Source: Candidatus Krumholzibacteriaceae bacterium
GTDB lineage: Archaea; Thermoproteota; Bathyarchaeia; Bathyarchaeales; SOJC01
Reading direction: 5' to 3'
Assembly: GCA_035542635.1 (NCBI GenBank)
Contig: DATKLC010000122.1
Coordinates: 1-44,438 of the forward strand
DNA: 44,438 bases
A program made the position numbers and the translations under genes. Numbering within the stretch: the stretch's first letter is position 1; each line of letters begins with the position of its first letter. Under the pieces are notes generated by a model. The model did no database searches, was not told where the DNA came from, and worked only from the letters and a program-made list of their open reading frames with translations. Positions 44,085 through 44,438 of this stretch are shown here, in pieces.

Positions 44085-44438
44085 TTAGTATTTGGCGCTG
44101 AGATACAAGAGCACAATCAACGCTCCGAACGCGAACAAGTCTGGTAACAAGGCAAACGGTCCCAGACCAACCGGTCGATATCCAAAAGCCCGTATCACTA
44201 GTGGGTTAGAGGCAAGGGCGTTCAGGAGGAAAACTGCGGAGAATATTATCAGTCCGATTGTGAACTCTGACCTTGTCTTTCTGTATATACTGACGTATAT
44301 GAGCAGCAAGATGATCGAAAGGGTCACATTGATGGTAGAAACTACAGCTTGTGCTGTGTAGAAAAATTCTATGTCTCCCGGAATATATGGCGATGGTGGA
44401 TGTTCAAAGGGAGAAAACGGGTAAAAGAACGTCGACAC
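44085..44438 (-). CDS. Membrane protein, unknown family (N-terminus outside the window)
   Basis: The open frame runs to the window edge and contains three hydrophobic helices. Confidence 0.45.
   Translation of the reverse strand: MSTFFYPFSPFEHPPSPYIPGDIEFFYTAQAVVSTINVTLSIILLLIYVSIYRKTRSEFTIGLIIFSAVFLLNALASNPLVIRAFGYRPVGLGPFALLPDLFAFGALIVLLYLSAKY

Noticed and set aside
44041-44125. I considered a possible fifth copy of the dispersed repeat (CTTGGATCC...TATTTGGCGCTGAGATACAAGAGCACA).
   Set aside because: Only short fragments match (TTGGATCC, TATTTGG, GCGCTGAG-ATAC). The 11-bp phasing and the G-tract are absent, and most of the segment overlaps the 3' coding end of the 44085-44438 ORF. It is probably chance or an extremely decayed copy.

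Overview
This is an archaeal chromosomal segment, roughly mid-40s % GC by eye. Gene content fits a TACK/Thermoproteota-like archaeon, but the lineage cannot be fixed from the sequence alone. Most of the window is information-processing genes. The core is a large ribosomal-protein cluster at 8.3-21.2 kb: uL22-uS3-uL29-Rpp29-uS17-uL14-uL24-S4e-uL5-uS14-uS8-uL6-L32e-L19e-uL18-uS5-uL30-[Hsp20]-uL15-SecY-DUF106-L34e-Cmk-L14e, followed by Cbf5, a methyltransferase and an intron-containing tRNA-Ser. Also present are S8e, SRP19, SRP54, Pus10, L21e, Rpo4/F, DUF655, KsgA, a HemK-like methylase, Nob1, NAD kinase and aIF5A plus deoxyhypusine synthase. Metabolic and accessory genes include WecB, two MFS transporters, AOR with a 4Fe-4S partner, nitroreductase, isochorismatase, Bcp, HtrA, a PrsW-like protease and an AbrB/ArsM-like pair. 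I found no CRISPR array, rRNA gene, transposase or recognisable defence system. Seven observations stand out. (1) A co-oriented intergenic repeat of about 70-88 nt occurs in four full copies plus one degenerate copy. It is built from 11-bp phased GGATC iterons and a G-tract/GCGCAGAGCAGATA box. (2) There are strong plus-strand A+C-rich islands, and each repeat copy sits at or near the left edge of one. (3) An 18-bp duplication of the tRNA-Ser 3' end brackets a 1.46-kb integrase-less insert. (4) A tRNA-Leu(CAG) appears to carry a non-canonical intron inside the anticodon stem and lies next to a low-GC tract. (5) A three-gene zinc-ribbon cluster includes a PH/GRAM-like protein with an exact RanBP2/NZF zinc-finger signature. 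(6) Several ribosomal proteins carry long low-complexity K/E/P tails. (7) Three short genes fall below the ORF-track cutoff: uS14, a 57-aa zinc ribbon and a 52-aa K/G-rich protein. All functional calls rest on my recognition of motifs and synteny, not on database searches.
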